The notes below the pieces were generated by a model, which was not told the origin of the DNA, made no database searches, and saw only the letters and a list, made by a program, of their open reading frames with translations. A DNA stretch of 60,122 nt, counting the filler, from Catajapyx aquilonaris (lineage: Eukaryota): NCBI GenBank assembly GCA_000934665.2. It is 3 parts of 3 records of this genome, joined end to end, with 100 filler letters (N's around TTAATTAATTAA, not from the genome) between each part and the next. Parts side by side here need not be neighbours in the genome. Positions count along the whole stretch, not along the records: positions 1 to 20,002 come from JYFJ02006354.1; positions 20,103 to 40,015 come from JYFJ02006355.1; 1 more part is not named here. One strand, written 5' to 3'. Shown here one piece after another: positions 13,501 to 25,315 of the stretch (positions are counted from its first letter, which is position 1; each line of letters opens with the position of its first letter). The translations under genes and the position numbers were made by a program.

Positions 13501-13864
13501 CCATAGAGGTCAGTCGCATGCTATAGTCAGCACTCTATAGCAAGGTGGAGGTATTTCCTTCACCTGGATAGATGGTTTACGCGGAATGAACCGTTTCCTC
13601 TTTATTTTCCATTGGCAGAACTCGACGATGCTGCTTCCGATGGAGGTGAGCCAGCACGACCTGCTGGAGATCCGCGAGGAGTTGTCTCGCAAGTCTCGTC
13701 TGTCGGCCTCCATAGACGTTCCGAGGCAGGCACCAGCCTCGGCAGGCTCGGAAGTCATGACCAGGGATCAGATCAAGAAGGCCAGTCGGAGGCTGTACGA
13801 GGGCCGGATCAGGAAGACCAAGCCGGGCATGGCCGGGAAGAAAGGACCCGGCTTCATCTTTTGA
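1245..13864 (+). CDS. ODAD3: Outer dynein arm-docking complex subunit 3-like (CCDC151-like) coiled-coil protein; 9 coding exons, ~618 aa
   Basis: join(1245..1500,2310..2431,8059..8211,9280..9378,10750..11263,11356..11527,12861..13011,13365..13508,13619..13864) = 1857 nt. All introns are GT-AG with consistent phases and the exons are GC3-rich. Blocks QVAEGERKASYE, GEQQVL, VMTNIESEV..KIRQA and GVSDIDHVV..LESLKLEK are colinear with my recollection of vertebrate CCDC151 (QLLEGDRKAFFE, GDEKVV, MRNLENRL..KAQEA, GTDETHSLV..LVRLKQEK). AATAAA near 13935. Confidence 0.8.
1647..1701. repeat. Dispersed repeat fragment with an inverted copy at ~16832-16886
   Basis: GTACCTTACTTCGCTCACAGATGGCGCATCCTCCCTCTCTTTACAGTGCTGCCACT recurs as a near-identical reverse complement near 16832. 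Confidence 0.65.
1737..2138. mobile_element. Degenerate TIR element (MITE-like) in intron 1
   Basis: CGCAACCGAGTGCGCACC (~1751) is mirrored by GGTGCGCACTCGGTTGCG (~2102); the ends are approximate. Confidence 0.4.
2310..2431 (+). CDS. ODAD3: ODAD3-like exon 2
   Basis: TTTGGCAG acceptor; EGERKASYEDYEREK...RFSML; GTAAGT donor at 2432. Confidence 0.85.
8059..8211 (+). CDS. ODAD3: ODAD3-like exon 3
   Basis: Pyrimidine tract plus AAG acceptor; GEQQVLTM...KYQKEK; weak GTCTGG donor at 8212. Confidence 0.75.
8245..8349. repeat. Compound inverted repeat (37-bp stem plus alternative 19-bp arm)
   Basis: 8275-8311 pairs with 8313-8349 (1 mismatch); 8245-8263 can pair with 8274-8292. Confidence 0.8.
9280..9378 (+). 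CDS. ODAD3: ODAD3-like exon 4
   Basis: TTTTTCAG acceptor; MTAHLSTMLTLYKDLVANFMKDFQNEQSKHKKM; GTAAGT donor at 9379; phase 0/0. Confidence 0.75.
10750..11263 (+). CDS. ODAD3: ODAD3-like exon 5
   Basis: TCTCCATCAG acceptor; long coiled-coil ORF VMTNIESEVAVYQQK...FREEI; donor at 11264, phase 1. Confidence 0.85.
11356..11527 (+). CDS. ODAD3: ODAD3-like exon 6
   Basis: TTTTCCGCAG acceptor; GVSDIDHVVKQ...FQQTRK; GTTTGT donor at 11528, phase 2. Confidence 0.8.
12861..13011 (+). CDS. ODAD3: ODAD3-like exon 7
   Basis: CATCCTCCAG acceptor; TSIEGPGDQFMRLVETQRRK...NSIIGIVK; GTATGA donor at 13012. Confidence 0.8.
13365..13508 (+). CDS. ODAD3: ODAD3-like exon 8
   Basis: CTCTTCGCAG acceptor; DHEIIKYKLK...MAAIE; GTCAGT donor at 13509. 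Confidence 0.75.
13619..13864 (+). CDS. ODAD3: ODAD3-like terminal exon 9
   Basis: ATTGGCAG acceptor; NSTMLLPMEV...KGPGFIF then TGA; AATAAA ~70 nt downstream. Confidence 0.75.
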   Translation, partial: NSTMLLPMEVSQHDLLEIREELSRKSRLSASIDVPRQAPASAGSEVMTRDQIKKASRRLYEGRIRKTKPGMAGKKGPGFIF

Positions 13865-16800
13865 GCCTGCGGGTTGCCCTTAGTGTATCTTTTTTTTTTT
13901 TTTTTTACAAGTTTGTACCAAGCCTTTACAGCCCAATAAAACTCATTTTAGAGACCAAAAGTCCCAGAAGCTTTGGCAAATCACGCGAGCGTGATTCGAG
14001 TAGACTTTTTCTCATTGGGCAGCGGGAGCTGAGGTTAATTAACAAACCCGATACGATACGTTGCGATTCTAATTTGATAACAGTCTCATTTCCCGTTGCC
14101 AATGAACCCAATTTATACTGTTACCTGCCTGTAGATTTGACCTTGGCGGATAGAGTGGACCTGGAATAACGGAAGTGGCCGGTCACAGGAAGTTGGCCGT
14201 GAAACCTACCCGCTGAATCCAAAACCGAAAAGAGTTTGTCGCAATCGTTTGCGGTTTGAGCTTTGATACCTGTCCACGGACGGACGGACGGACAGAGCCG
14301 TTCTATAAGACTTTTTTTTTAAATAAGAAAAAGTATTTCTTCAGGTGCAAAAGATGTGTTCCGAAACCACAACACTTTTGGGGCACAAGTGCTGTGGTGT
14401 TGGAACATGGATCCGACTTATGTAAAACTCGACTTTCACTTATACCGTAAGTCGGAGTCTGGCTGAATAGCATGGTAATTGGACTAACTGCCGGTGTATT
14501 AGAAGCCAGAGTTTTTTGGGGGCTCATCAGGCAGTTCCCACGGCCGCATTAAGCACCACAAGAGAGATAGAAATTTGATGGGGACCAACTGACCTCAAAG
14601 GATGCAATGTGCCAAAAATAAATCATTTGAAAAATAGTGTATTGTTATTCCCATGGCCAGTGTGAGGTAGCGTAATGGATGTCCATGCCTGGGGTTTTAG
14701 CCCCCCCCCCTCCCCCCTGGAGGGACATTTTTAGGGGGGGCACACTGAATAGAATTTTGCGCGTTTCAGTGCTGCTCGCGAATGGAAGTGTAGGTAGCCG
14801 TGCAATAATGCATTGTGCGTATAATCCATTTGGAGCCATCATAAAATTCTAGTCCCCCACTCCAATTAACTTATGGCAGCCACCAAAAAAAAAAATTTCA
14901 CATGAACGTAATACCCAATAACATGGGAGGCTGGGGGGTGAAAAAATGGGTGTGCCATGAATCGGAATCAGATTTTAATATTCAAACACGAGCTGATGGG
15001 AATTCTTATTTTGCAATACGTGACAGGATGTCACGCACGAACAGGCTGTCAAAGTCATGTAATTGTATATTAGAGACACGCCAGAAAAATTTGTTGTAAT
15101 AATTTGCGACTTTGTTGAACATGTAATGAAACAAAGAGTGGTGCAATCACCCTTTAGAAGTTCTATACCTCGCTTTGAAATTGATTCTCGCAACGGGTCT
15201 GCAGGTGTGGTAATTAGCGGACAAAGCCAGCGATTTGTTTGCAGCTGGTGTCCCAAAGTGCTGGCGTTTCTGTCATCTTAATTTGAAACGCAAAGCAGGG
15301 ATTGCGCGAGGGTCCAGTCCTGCTGGATGCGGGCTCACATTCGTCGCAAGGGATCCAACTTTGGATGCTGCTGAACCCCCCATCGGGATGGGAAAAAGGA
15401 GGTCAAAAGAAAATTAGCCAGATAATTTTAGTTAATTGCGCTTATTGTGGGTTATGTAACCGTCAAAATTACTGTACGTTTTGTGGCGCCGCAGGTCAAC
15501 GAACGCTATTGTGGCTTTCCCACGGGCGAGGACCACCCCCGACTCCTGCCACTTCGTCGCGTAGGAAAGATCTGCCTCACAAAATTTCCGAATCAAAATA
15601 CTAAATTAATGATCAGCGAGCTTCGAAGCTCATTGACGTCCCAAGCATTGTTAATCCCTCGGCTAACCAGGCCCCCTTTTTAATAATTCAACGCTTCCAG
15701 TTTTTACAACAAGAGCTAGCGCACTTTTTTTTGGCCCGCTTTTAACACGTCAAAAACCGGCGATGAGACGCTGAGTTTTGCCAGGTAACACCCCCCCCCC
15801 CCTCTGGTCGTATGGCATCAATTTCGGAATGGCTGCCGGAGTGTTCTGCAATATCCAATTAATTTAACAGGCGCGACGAGTCAGTCGAAAATGGGGACGG
15901 TGGTGGTATCATCAAGGAATATAAGTGGACATTGAAAAGAGAGTCCGTCGAAAACCCACATCTTTTCACCGTCTCTCGGTCTAATTGCTCTCAAATCGCC
16001 CAATTAAAAGTCCTCCCGCTTTTGAGACACACGATGTTTAGAACCCGATTTAATTACAGGATCCGGCTTCTTGCGGACCCGTATTATAATTATCGGGCCG
16101 TACCGCACTCTGTATATGGCCGCGGTTAATAATCCGCAATAAAAGGGGGGGCTCCATCCAATTTTGGCAGCTGCTCTCGTCTGGCTGATGCCTCGCCGTC
16201 ACAGTATGCTCTGTAACTAAACTGACAAGCCAGAAATTGGTGCTTACTAGATGATCACTTTGTACTCACCCCACATCATACGTACAACTAGCCGTTAAAT
16301 TAACTGCGCCAACAAGAAAGAATAATGCCAATGATCTCACAGTAACGACCAACTTCAGTGTACCACCCTGGTGGGCTTTGTCCGCGAGGTGACACATCAC
16401 CAACGTGCTGAGAGTGGCAGTAATGTGCAGAGATGGAGCCTATGCGCCAACTGGTAGTGGCCAATTGTACTACGTCCAAGTGGGAGGAAAGCAGGGTTGC
16501 CAAAATTTGGCGACTGTCCACTACTAGTAATACAACTGGCTCTAGTATGTGCCTCTCTTTGTTTTGAGACACCCAGTGCAAAATCAGATGTCATTTACTA
16601 TTAACATGCCCTGATGTAGTTCTGCGAGTGTAAATACTTGAAGCAACCGGCAAAACCACGTCCCCAATTAATTAAGCACAATGCCGTCTAGCAAGTTAAC
16701 TTTTCCACGAATTATGCGGCCCAACTGAAGCGACCCCGCATTGCTATAATATTAACTCACTTCCGAGAGATAACTTATCATAGTTTGGAGATCCTCTCAA

Positions 16801-18203
16801 AATATGAATGTAGTACCGCTACTTCTGACACAGTGGCAGCACTGTACAGAGAGGGAGGATGCGCCATCTATGAGCGAAGTAAGGTACAGTACATAGGTAT
16901 ATACAGTACTTAGTGGACACTCTGGGCTCTTTTGTCAACTTTTATTATAAACTGAGCGGCTTTAGAGGAAATGTGAACCGCAGCATTTGATTTCATGCGA
17001 CTGTATATAAATGTATAGTCTGTAGTGTTTAGCATGCAGCATGTCCTGGAGGTCTAAAGTGATCAAAGTGGGCGACGGGTGGTGGGGAGGAGAGAAGACG
17101 CCTTTGCAGCTCATTAGGCGCCTTTCGCAGCCCAAAATTCAATCAGGCTCACGATTGGCTCCCTTTTGGGTTGGTGTTGTAAGGGTAGGGTGTCTCCGAA
17201 ATATGACAGAGCACAACATACGACTTCTGGTGGGAAATAAAGAATATATACTGTAAGCATCTTCCAGTCAAAATGAAACAGAGAAGACACAGATTTTCCT
17301 CTATGCACAAAATTATTATGTGCAGAATTTTTGTCAGGTGCGCACAACAGGAATTTCGCTTGAATATTGCTGAGGTGTTGCCCCCCCCCCCCCTGAAAAA
17401 AAAGGAGCAGCTGCAGCGTTTTACACAATGAGAAATGGTTGGATGGGAACCAACATGATCGATCGGCTTTCAGGGATTCAGCATCCAGCAGTCTCAATGT
17501 TTACCTGAAGGTTTCCAGCCCGGTTGTGTGGACTTTTCTCGTGGAGTTGCCAGCTTCGTGTGCTCTCTATATACCTTCTGCGCACCCTCTACCCCACCCC
17601 TCTCTGAAAATCTTTTGGGTTGGGAGAGGAAGAGACCTTCGGAATAAAGTAAAGCGAGCGCAGGAGGCCAGCGTAAACTGAAGGTGAATAATTAATGAGA
17701 TTGGAAGGCGCCAGGCCCGGAATAGCCATTTCAAAAGACTGCTACACCCTCGTTCTACCTTACCTACTTTTCCGTGCCTTTGGCCGTCAGCTGCAGTGAG
17801 TTACAACCCGCGCATATCAATTTGTGTAGAGCAGCATGAATCTTCCCACCGAGTGTCTTGTTTCGCGCAATTGATAGCCCTCGCCTAAACACGTACAGCT
17901 TTTCGTACACACGGTATAGCAGTCACAGCAGCTGAAAATTATTCAACTCTCGTCTTCGGGGATTTTTCTCCTTGTTACTCTTAAACCAAAGTTGCTTCGA
18001 AAAAGGTGCTGCCGTGGGATGCAAACTGACCCCAACTCTTATTTTCAACGTTTTTGTTATTTATAAATTTTTGATTTTCGCAATTTTAATTCATTTTATC
18101 AAATTTCATTAATTTTTATCAATTTTATTAAATATCGTTAACATTGATTGATTTTCATTTATTTTATTTATTTCCGTTGATTATAATAATTATAATAATT
18201 ATA

Positions 18204-18422
18204 ATTTTATTGATTTAATCAATTTATTAATGTGAATTTTATTGATTTAATCAATTTATTAATGTGAATTTTATTGATTTAATCAATTTATTAATGCGAA
18301 TTTTATTGATTCAGTCAATTTATTAATGTGAATTTTATTGATTCAGTCAATTTATTAATGTGAATTTTATTGATTCAGTCAATTTATTAATGAAAATTTT
18401 ATTGATTTAATCGATTTATTAA
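18204..18422. repeat. AT-rich minisatellite, ~32-bp unit, about 6-7 copies
   Basis: AATTTTATTGATT(TAA/CAG)TCAATTTATTAATGTG in tandem, inside a wider low-complexity AT tract. Confidence 0.85.
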
Positions 18423-19725
18423 TTTTCATTAATTTTCATTTATCGATTTATCAATTTTCATTAATTTTGATTTTATTGTTTCATTCATTTTCATTGAATT
18501 CATTTTCATCCATTGTTATTTGTCATTTGTTTTCATTCACTTCATTAGTTTTCATGGACTTATTTTTGTTCATTTTTACTCAGCTATTTGACACTAATAA
18601 AATTGAAAGCATTTATATTAATTTCAGTTATTAAGTAGGGCATTTGTAGTTTTAATAATTTATTAATTATATGGTCACTTAGCTAATAATTCGTTATAAT
18701 ATTAATATTAATATTAAAATTTGCAGAATGAACGGCTTTCATATTGCATCAGAAACCAGTCATTTCCGGACTGACAAGTGAGTAAAGGCATTTCATGCAC
18801 TCAGATAGAGTCTCTTTGGGCTAATAATAATAATTGCTGGGCTTTCACGTGCCTGCCTCCCATTCAGTCAGAAGCAATGTTATTTCCCTTAGAACTAACA
18901 CTGCACAGCTTCAGTCTCTATGCACAGCGTGTGGTGTAGTAGAAAACACTTTTATTTTAATCCCTTCTCTAGTGTTATATACACTCGCTCGGAGAGAACT
19001 TGCAAAAATATTCCATTCATGTCCTCATATAGCAAACTACTGCGGCTTCCTTTCCTTATCCAGCCAGTCCCCGGCGCCGCTATTTGACTAATTCAACTTT
19101 GATGTTTCCATTGCAACATAATACATCACAGGACCGACCCTCCCTCACCTTCCCCCCATGATGAAAATCCGAGCTCTCTCTTTGCTGGGAAGTCTCTCTC
19201 TCTCTCTCTCTCTCTCTGACAAGTCCGACTGTTTACCGGCCGGTTTGAAGCTTTGAAGACGGACACAGGATTCCAATACAGTAACCTGCTGCCCTTCTTT
19301 GATCTCAATTTTCCCTACCCTTCGACAACCTCTACCTCTCAAAGTACTCCAAGGAGGTTCTTTGTCCGCCCACACTGCTTGAAACGTACGTACACCTCTT
19401 ATACTCTTAAAAAAATCAGCCTGAGAGAGCTGGCTGGGGAGGACAAAGATGGAGACCATCAAGAGGAGTGAATGGGGCACCAGCAGATAGATTCTCAGGC
19501 AGGCTCCGGATGGGTCCAAAATGAGATGTTTACCTCTTTGGTATAGTACAGCATTTTGCAATTATGCTCTTTGCCCTCGACCCTTATTGTGTGGTCCAAT
19601 TCATTGGCCTTTCTTATTGCATGGACGAATTATCAGCAGAGTGAAGGACAGGAATAGCCGAAGATTCGCAGGAGTATCATGACATGTTGGGGGCATTTTA
19701 GAAAAGTATACTGAGGTAGATTCGT

Positions 19726-19799
19726 ACTTACGTAGTCTTCAACTTACGTAGATACGCACTTACGTAGTCCTCGACTTACGTAGATACGGACTTACGTAC
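19726..19799. repeat. 16-bp-period tandem repeat, 5 ACTTACGTA cores
   Basis: Cores at 19726, 19742, 19758, 19774 and 19790 with alternating spacers. Confidence 0.8.
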
Positions 19800-20002
19800 A
19801 AAATTCCATCATGCGCAAAATAAATCTTGAAAAGACTGGTGAGCAGCAATATTCCTGCAGCACTTTTGCTAGGTCCCCGGCGTTAATGTTTGATAAGATA
19901 CAGATCGGAAAAGACTTATGCGTCCTTCAAAACGACCTTGCCTTTTTCATGTGGCAACCAATCATGCTGAGACGCAACATGGTCTCTTTAATTGGGAGGC
20001 AG

Positions 20003-20102
20003 NNNNNNNNNNNNNNNNNNNNNNNNNNNNNNNNNNNNNNNNNNNNTTAATTAATTAANNNNNNNNNNNNNNNNNNNNNNNNNNNNNNNNNNNNNNNNNN
20101 NN
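20003..20102. other. Artificial contig spacer N44-TTAATTAATTAA-N44
   Basis: Exactly 100 nt with a six-frame stop linker at 20047-20058. Confidence 0.95.
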
Positions 20103-20230
20103 CGAGGAGCCAACTGCGCATGCCCAGATACGAGAAAGTTGAAAATTTTCAACTTTCTCGTATCTGGGCATGCGCAGTTGGCTCCTCGCGGCTCCTCGTA
20201 TGCGAGAATCTCGTACGTTGATACCGGCCT
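20103..20230. mobile_element. Palindromic PIF/Harbinger-type MITE, left end lost at the contig edge; same family as 53883-54062
   Basis: CGAGGAGCCAACTGCGCATGCCCAGATACGAG mirrored about a central AAAATTTT; ends ACCGGCCT followed by TAA. Confidence 0.75.
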
Positions 20231-21841
20231 TAAGTCCGCATTGGAATCTTCTGTTGCATTTAGCAAATTTGCATGCCATATGGTGCAACAGGTAATTTAA
20301 AAAATAATGACTCCGCGGATAATCCAATACCATTGGCCGTTGGGCAGAGCAGGTTACCGGGAGCTGCAGTAGATGTCCTGGGCGAAGCGAGACTACACTG
20401 CTGAAACCGTCATTATTACGCTTTTAACCTGACGGAATTGGCTTATGAGTCTTCATAATATTCACAACCTATCGTCATAAGTTTATTCGGAATAAGGTCC
20501 ACGTGAACAGCATAATATTCAGATGCTACTCACACATAAGCAAGTGTTGGTAATATAATCATGTGGGCATGTTTATGATGAATACGAACAGGGATGATTG
20601 ACATGTCTAGAGTTATTGTGTAGCTACTGTATATGTGGGTGAATATTGAAACATTTGCAGTTTTTGCCGTTTTTATTCATAATACAGTATATAAAAATAT
20701 AGCAGAAACATTTTTCTTGTGTGCAGTGTCAGAAAGGAAGTTGAGTTCTACCAGTCCATGTAAATAATACATGTCTACGTACTGCATATTTCTTGATGAG
20801 AAAAGTTACCACGTAGCATAATCCTCGATAATCCTACGGTGCTCTTATTCACACTGCTTGCACCTATACATGGCTTTACCATTTGATGAGAGATTTAGGC
20901 AGTGTGATTTTACAGCTTTATATCTTTGTTGCCATAGCCTACAACTGTTGCAGTGGAATTACGTGGTAAAGCTGTAGACTGTTGGTGTCTTGCACATATG
21001 ACACGATGAAATATACTGCTGTCTCAGCATCTCCGCCACCCCAATACAGTGTTTTTGAGCTCCTGATTGCCAGCACCGGACCTTGCCATTTATATCTTGA
21101 GAGAAGGGAAGCGCAGTAACTTCTAGCTGAGGCTAATAAGGTGGGTGAAAGAATAACCTGACCTCATGCGCTGCTTAATCCCCAATGCATACAGCATAAG
21201 TGAATGGGTCCGATGCTTCCATTCAATGCTGCAGCGGAATATTATCAGGTCCAGCCGTTTCTCCAACAGTAGTCACCGGCTGCAGAAAGGAAACACATTG
21301 TTGCACTATGGTATGGGTGAAGAGAAGGGAATATACCGGTAGGGTGAACTCTTTATAGTGAAATATGAGAGTAATAATGAATGTACCATGAGTTCCCGAA
21401 TTAAGCTTATGTCCGTATTTGTTAAAATGTTGCCGACGCTCCTGAGTTAAGTAGGTATACTGTTGTACACCAAATTTTAGTCAATCAGAAGAACTAATTT
21501 CACAAATATCCGGTAAGCACTGAAAAATAGCTTACTTGCCTAGTTTGACATCTGATTATGCATCAGTGTGCCATATTCACACGAATGACGCTGATCAAAA
21601 TATTAAGTGTTACTCGTTTAGTAGAAATTAAAAGACAGTAAAAGAACAACATATTACTGTATAACTAAATAACGGCGATTAGGAACATCTCCCTTCCGGG
21701 CTAATTTAGACCAACCAGTTGGATTTGAGAGTGTTGACCAGGTTTTTGCAATCTTGTTGGCCATTGTGAATAGTGTCGAATTGAAAAGACCGAGGCACGG
21801 GTTCACAAAAATGTTAAACGCTGCTTCTGACTGCTCTCTTA

Positions 21842-21966
21842 GGGCCGGTTTCACCGAGCTTGGTATATGATAAAACCAGGTTTCTTTAGGAAAATCCATA
21901 CAAATAGATAGGGATTTTGAGAAATACTCTGGTTTTATCATATACTGAGCTCGGTGAAACCGGCCC
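21842..21966. mobile_element. PIF/Harbinger-type MITE
   Basis: TIR GGGCCGGTTTCACCGAGCT...AGCTCGGTGAAACCGGCCC with TTA on both sides. Confidence 0.8.
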
Positions 21967-22155
21967 TTAGAGTAGAACACAAGTCTACTGTGTTGTGAAT
22001 GGATTCAAATATCTCACCCTTCTAGAAATTCTCATTGAAAGTCACCGAGATCAAAGTATTGAATGAACTGCAATTGGAGAGTGTTTTTTTTGCATGAGTG
22101 TGATATCAAGTTGGATGGGAAAACTTGGTGCAACTTCAAGTAATATTGTGCTGCT

Positions 22156-22441
22156 GGGAGGCGTGGTAGTCTAATGGTTACGCCACTGGCTAGCCAAGCG
22201 GGAGGCCGGGGTTCAAATCCCGACCCCGTCACCTCTGCTTGGCCGGGTCTTTTTCCGCTTTTCACCCGACACGCCGGGGCAGCATTGCACTCCCTTAGCT
22301 GCCCGGGGCCAGAGAAAAGGTCTGGTGTATCTGAGAGAGTCGTGAGTGACTATAAACCGAGGATGCCCCCCCCTTGGGAACCTTCCCCTCCCCCCAAAAC
22401 GAGCCGAATGGCTCGAGCAAGGGGTAATGATTTAAATATAT
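22156..22441 (+). mobile_element. tRNA-derived SINE
   Basis: A box TAGTCTAATGG, B box GGTTCAAATCCC, AT tail; 13-bp TSD ATATTGTGCTGCT at 22143-22155 and 22442-22454. Confidence 0.85.
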
Positions 22442-24785
22442 ATATTGTGCTGCTTTTTTCCTTTTCTTTTTGATTTTTTCCCCACGGCTTGGCGATTTCT
22501 CTCATCCATCTTACTCTCTAACTAAGCTTTGAGATTCAGCCTACTTGTGACTCCGAGTTACATTCTAAATTTTCCCCTTTATATGCTGTAGGAAACAAAT
22601 TGGGGTGTTAATGAGTTATGTCAGTTACGTTGGATGAATTTTTCTATAGTAATAACTGCGTCCGTATAACTAACTTATTGCAAAGCATTTCGCAATTTTA
22701 AAATGCTACTTGAAACTGTTAGAATGCAAGTAAATTGAGCAGCAAATATTATTAAAGATGCAAGCCTACTTGGGTCTGTGTGAAAAAGATTTGCATACAT
22801 ACTGTATATTGTGCCATTAAAAATCGTTACCAAACATTCGTTCCTGAATGAATGTGTGACGATAAGTTCTCTTGCATTTCTACTGTATCTAGTGGTTATA
22901 TCCGTGGAAATGAGCTACATCTCCATGTCATATTATTACAATCTGAATGTACTGTAAGCATCAGTTTGAAATTGTTTTGCGTTTTTGCCTTGAACCAAGA
23001 AGTGTACCTATAGAATGTGAAAAAAATCAACCTTATGTGGCTGTAAATGGACATGGATCTCAATGAGATTTGACGGAGATAGATGGCAGTGCCTTCTGTG
23101 GATCCTTCATTGAAAAGCAACTCACGTAAAAGAGGCTCTCCCTAGCTATATCCCAGTCGGCATTTTGGTAGCAGCAGCAGGGTGCATCGGAGATTCCGCA
23201 ATCTCTGTCTCCGTACTCGAAGTCTCAGACCGTACCCACCATGTGTAGACTACATCATCACAGTCTGGAAATTGATGGAAAAATATGGAAAATATGGTTT
23301 AACAAAACTATGTTTATTCTTTTTTTTGCTATACCAAAAGTAAGTACATAACTGCCCAATTTTTCAACACCCTGTATATAAAAGGGAATACTATGGGATA
23401 TACCGAGGCCCAAATTGGTCCATGGTCAGCAGAATATAGACGCACTTTACATGCATTTGGATTCCATCACAAATCAAAATGCAAGATGATAATGAAATTG
23501 CAGTGAAGAACCGGCTTTCCATATTATGAAATATGGGCCCGAATTATCCTTCAATTGCGGGGAGTGTGTGCTACTTTTCCGCCTGCTTGATTGGGAAATG
23601 GCATAGCGCTTAATCTGTTTTGATCATTAGCGGGATCCAAAGTGGAAACCGAAATGTAAATAATTGCCGCATTTGGAAGTGCCATCCAGGTAAACGCCGG
23701 ATTGGCTGTGCCATAATAATCATCAGTACAAGCACTGTAAATATGCATCATGCGCCATGTATGAAACAGGGCGACAAAGAAAAATTGTTGGCCCTCATAA
23801 TCAGTGTAACAGTACCAAAAGTGGCTATAGCAAACTAGATCAAAGGTGTGCCTGTTTTCGGCTCCAGCTGGGCCTTTGCAGACTGATAACACGGACATCA
23901 CATGGTATGCAGCGGGATTAATTTGGTGACAGTTTGGGGCTTGAAAGTAGTTGGCAGCGGTTACTGCTTCCTTCCTCCGAGGTCTCTTCCCCCTAGAAGA
24001 ACTTTGTTGGAGGCCAGGGAATGTGTTGGCACGGAATTAATAAGGGGAAAAAACGCGGAGATCAAAGTCAAATGGGGGGAAAGGGAATGCTAGGGACCTA
24101 GATTAGATGGGGCCCAGGGAATTGAAATTTGCACCATGCTCAAGCTCAAAAGGGGGAGAAAGAGGGGAAGACGGTAGGGGATACAGTTTCATATACCAGG
24201 AAATGCGGTACATGCCACGAGAATCCATCTTGAGGTTTTCATGCTCTAATCTCTGCTACTTTATGACAAAAGGGTAAAACCAGCACGTGGCGCTGAAAAA
24301 CCAAGTCATCTTGCTGCTTTCATTAACAACGACTATTTTGTCGGAATGTGCGTTAAGTAGGTCCAAAAAATGGGAATCGCATGTTACACCTACCGTGGTA
24401 TGATTTATTTAGGTTTAGGACAATAATGGAAGGGTACCATCTGCAGAAATGTGAAAATGTCTGCGCTTTTACCAGAGATTTAGTAGAGGCTTCAGTGCAG
24501 CCAATAGGCGACAAGGGAGATTTTATGGCCATTCTATTCAGGAATACCTCACTGGCTGGAAATTCCATCCTTCAGTAACGCGAACTATTGCGAATTTATT
24601 TCCGCTTGGTGAAATCGCCGATTCTCTCGCCAATGGCCTCTAAGATTTATTTGTGCTGGGCATAAATTGACACTAGCCAAGAAGAGCTATACACTCGCCC
24701 ATAAAAAGGAAGGCTGCATATGGTCCCGGTTTTATTTGACCCCGTCCATTGCATAGCAGGCCTTTCTCGTAACTAATACAGCCTA

Positions 24786-25315
24786 TGGGTGATTCTCCAA
24801 AAACTTAACCAATACTATGTCCTGGAATAATAACTCAAAAATGGCTTGACTAAGAGAGTTGATTTTCAAACATCTGTAGGAGCAGTTGACACCTAGCCAT
24901 CTCCATCGCATGCAAACAAAGAAAAATATTAAATTACCTTTTACTGCAAAAAATGTTTAAGGCCCTAAAATCACTCTTCCTGGCATGTCCCGATCTTATT
25001 TTAAAGCAAGCTATATTTTCTTACAATTTTATCATATCACATCATATCATCATATCATATTATATCATCACATCATATTATATCATCACATCATATTATA
25101 TCATCACATCATATTATATCATCATAATTATCATATCATATCATCATATCTGGAAGGTTTCCAACCACTTTAGAATACGAGAGTTAGGTCCCCCTGTTTC
25201 CCTAGTTTGTGACCTCATATATAGAGTAAGTGTGAACTTTTGCTCATTTTTAAAACAAGTTTTGAAATTCATTAATTTTTGCTTTGAAAAGGGCAAGTTT
25301 TTGGAGAATCACCCA
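24786..25315. mobile_element. Tc1/mariner-type MITE with an internal 18-bp tandem repeat (~25030-25150)
   Basis: Perfect TIR TGGGTGATTCTCCAAAAACTT / AAGTTTTTGGAGAATCACCCA with TA on both sides. Confidence 0.8.

Noticed and set aside
12930..14169. 198-aa and 185-aa plus-strand ORFs
   Set aside because: Intron read-through or alternate frames over exons 7-9.
14170..14340. Possible DINE-1/Helentron-like element with (GGAC)n
   Set aside because: Only a short microsatellite and a weak hairpin; boundaries cannot be defined.
18204..19799. Regularly spaced repeats as a possible CRISPR array
   Set aside because: Tandem units lack unique spacers, the context is eukaryotic and no cas genes are present.
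22156..22230. tRNA-like sequence (also 53190-53263 on the minus strand)
   Set aside because: A/B boxes continue into a SINE body with tail and TSD; these are SINE heads, not tRNA genes.
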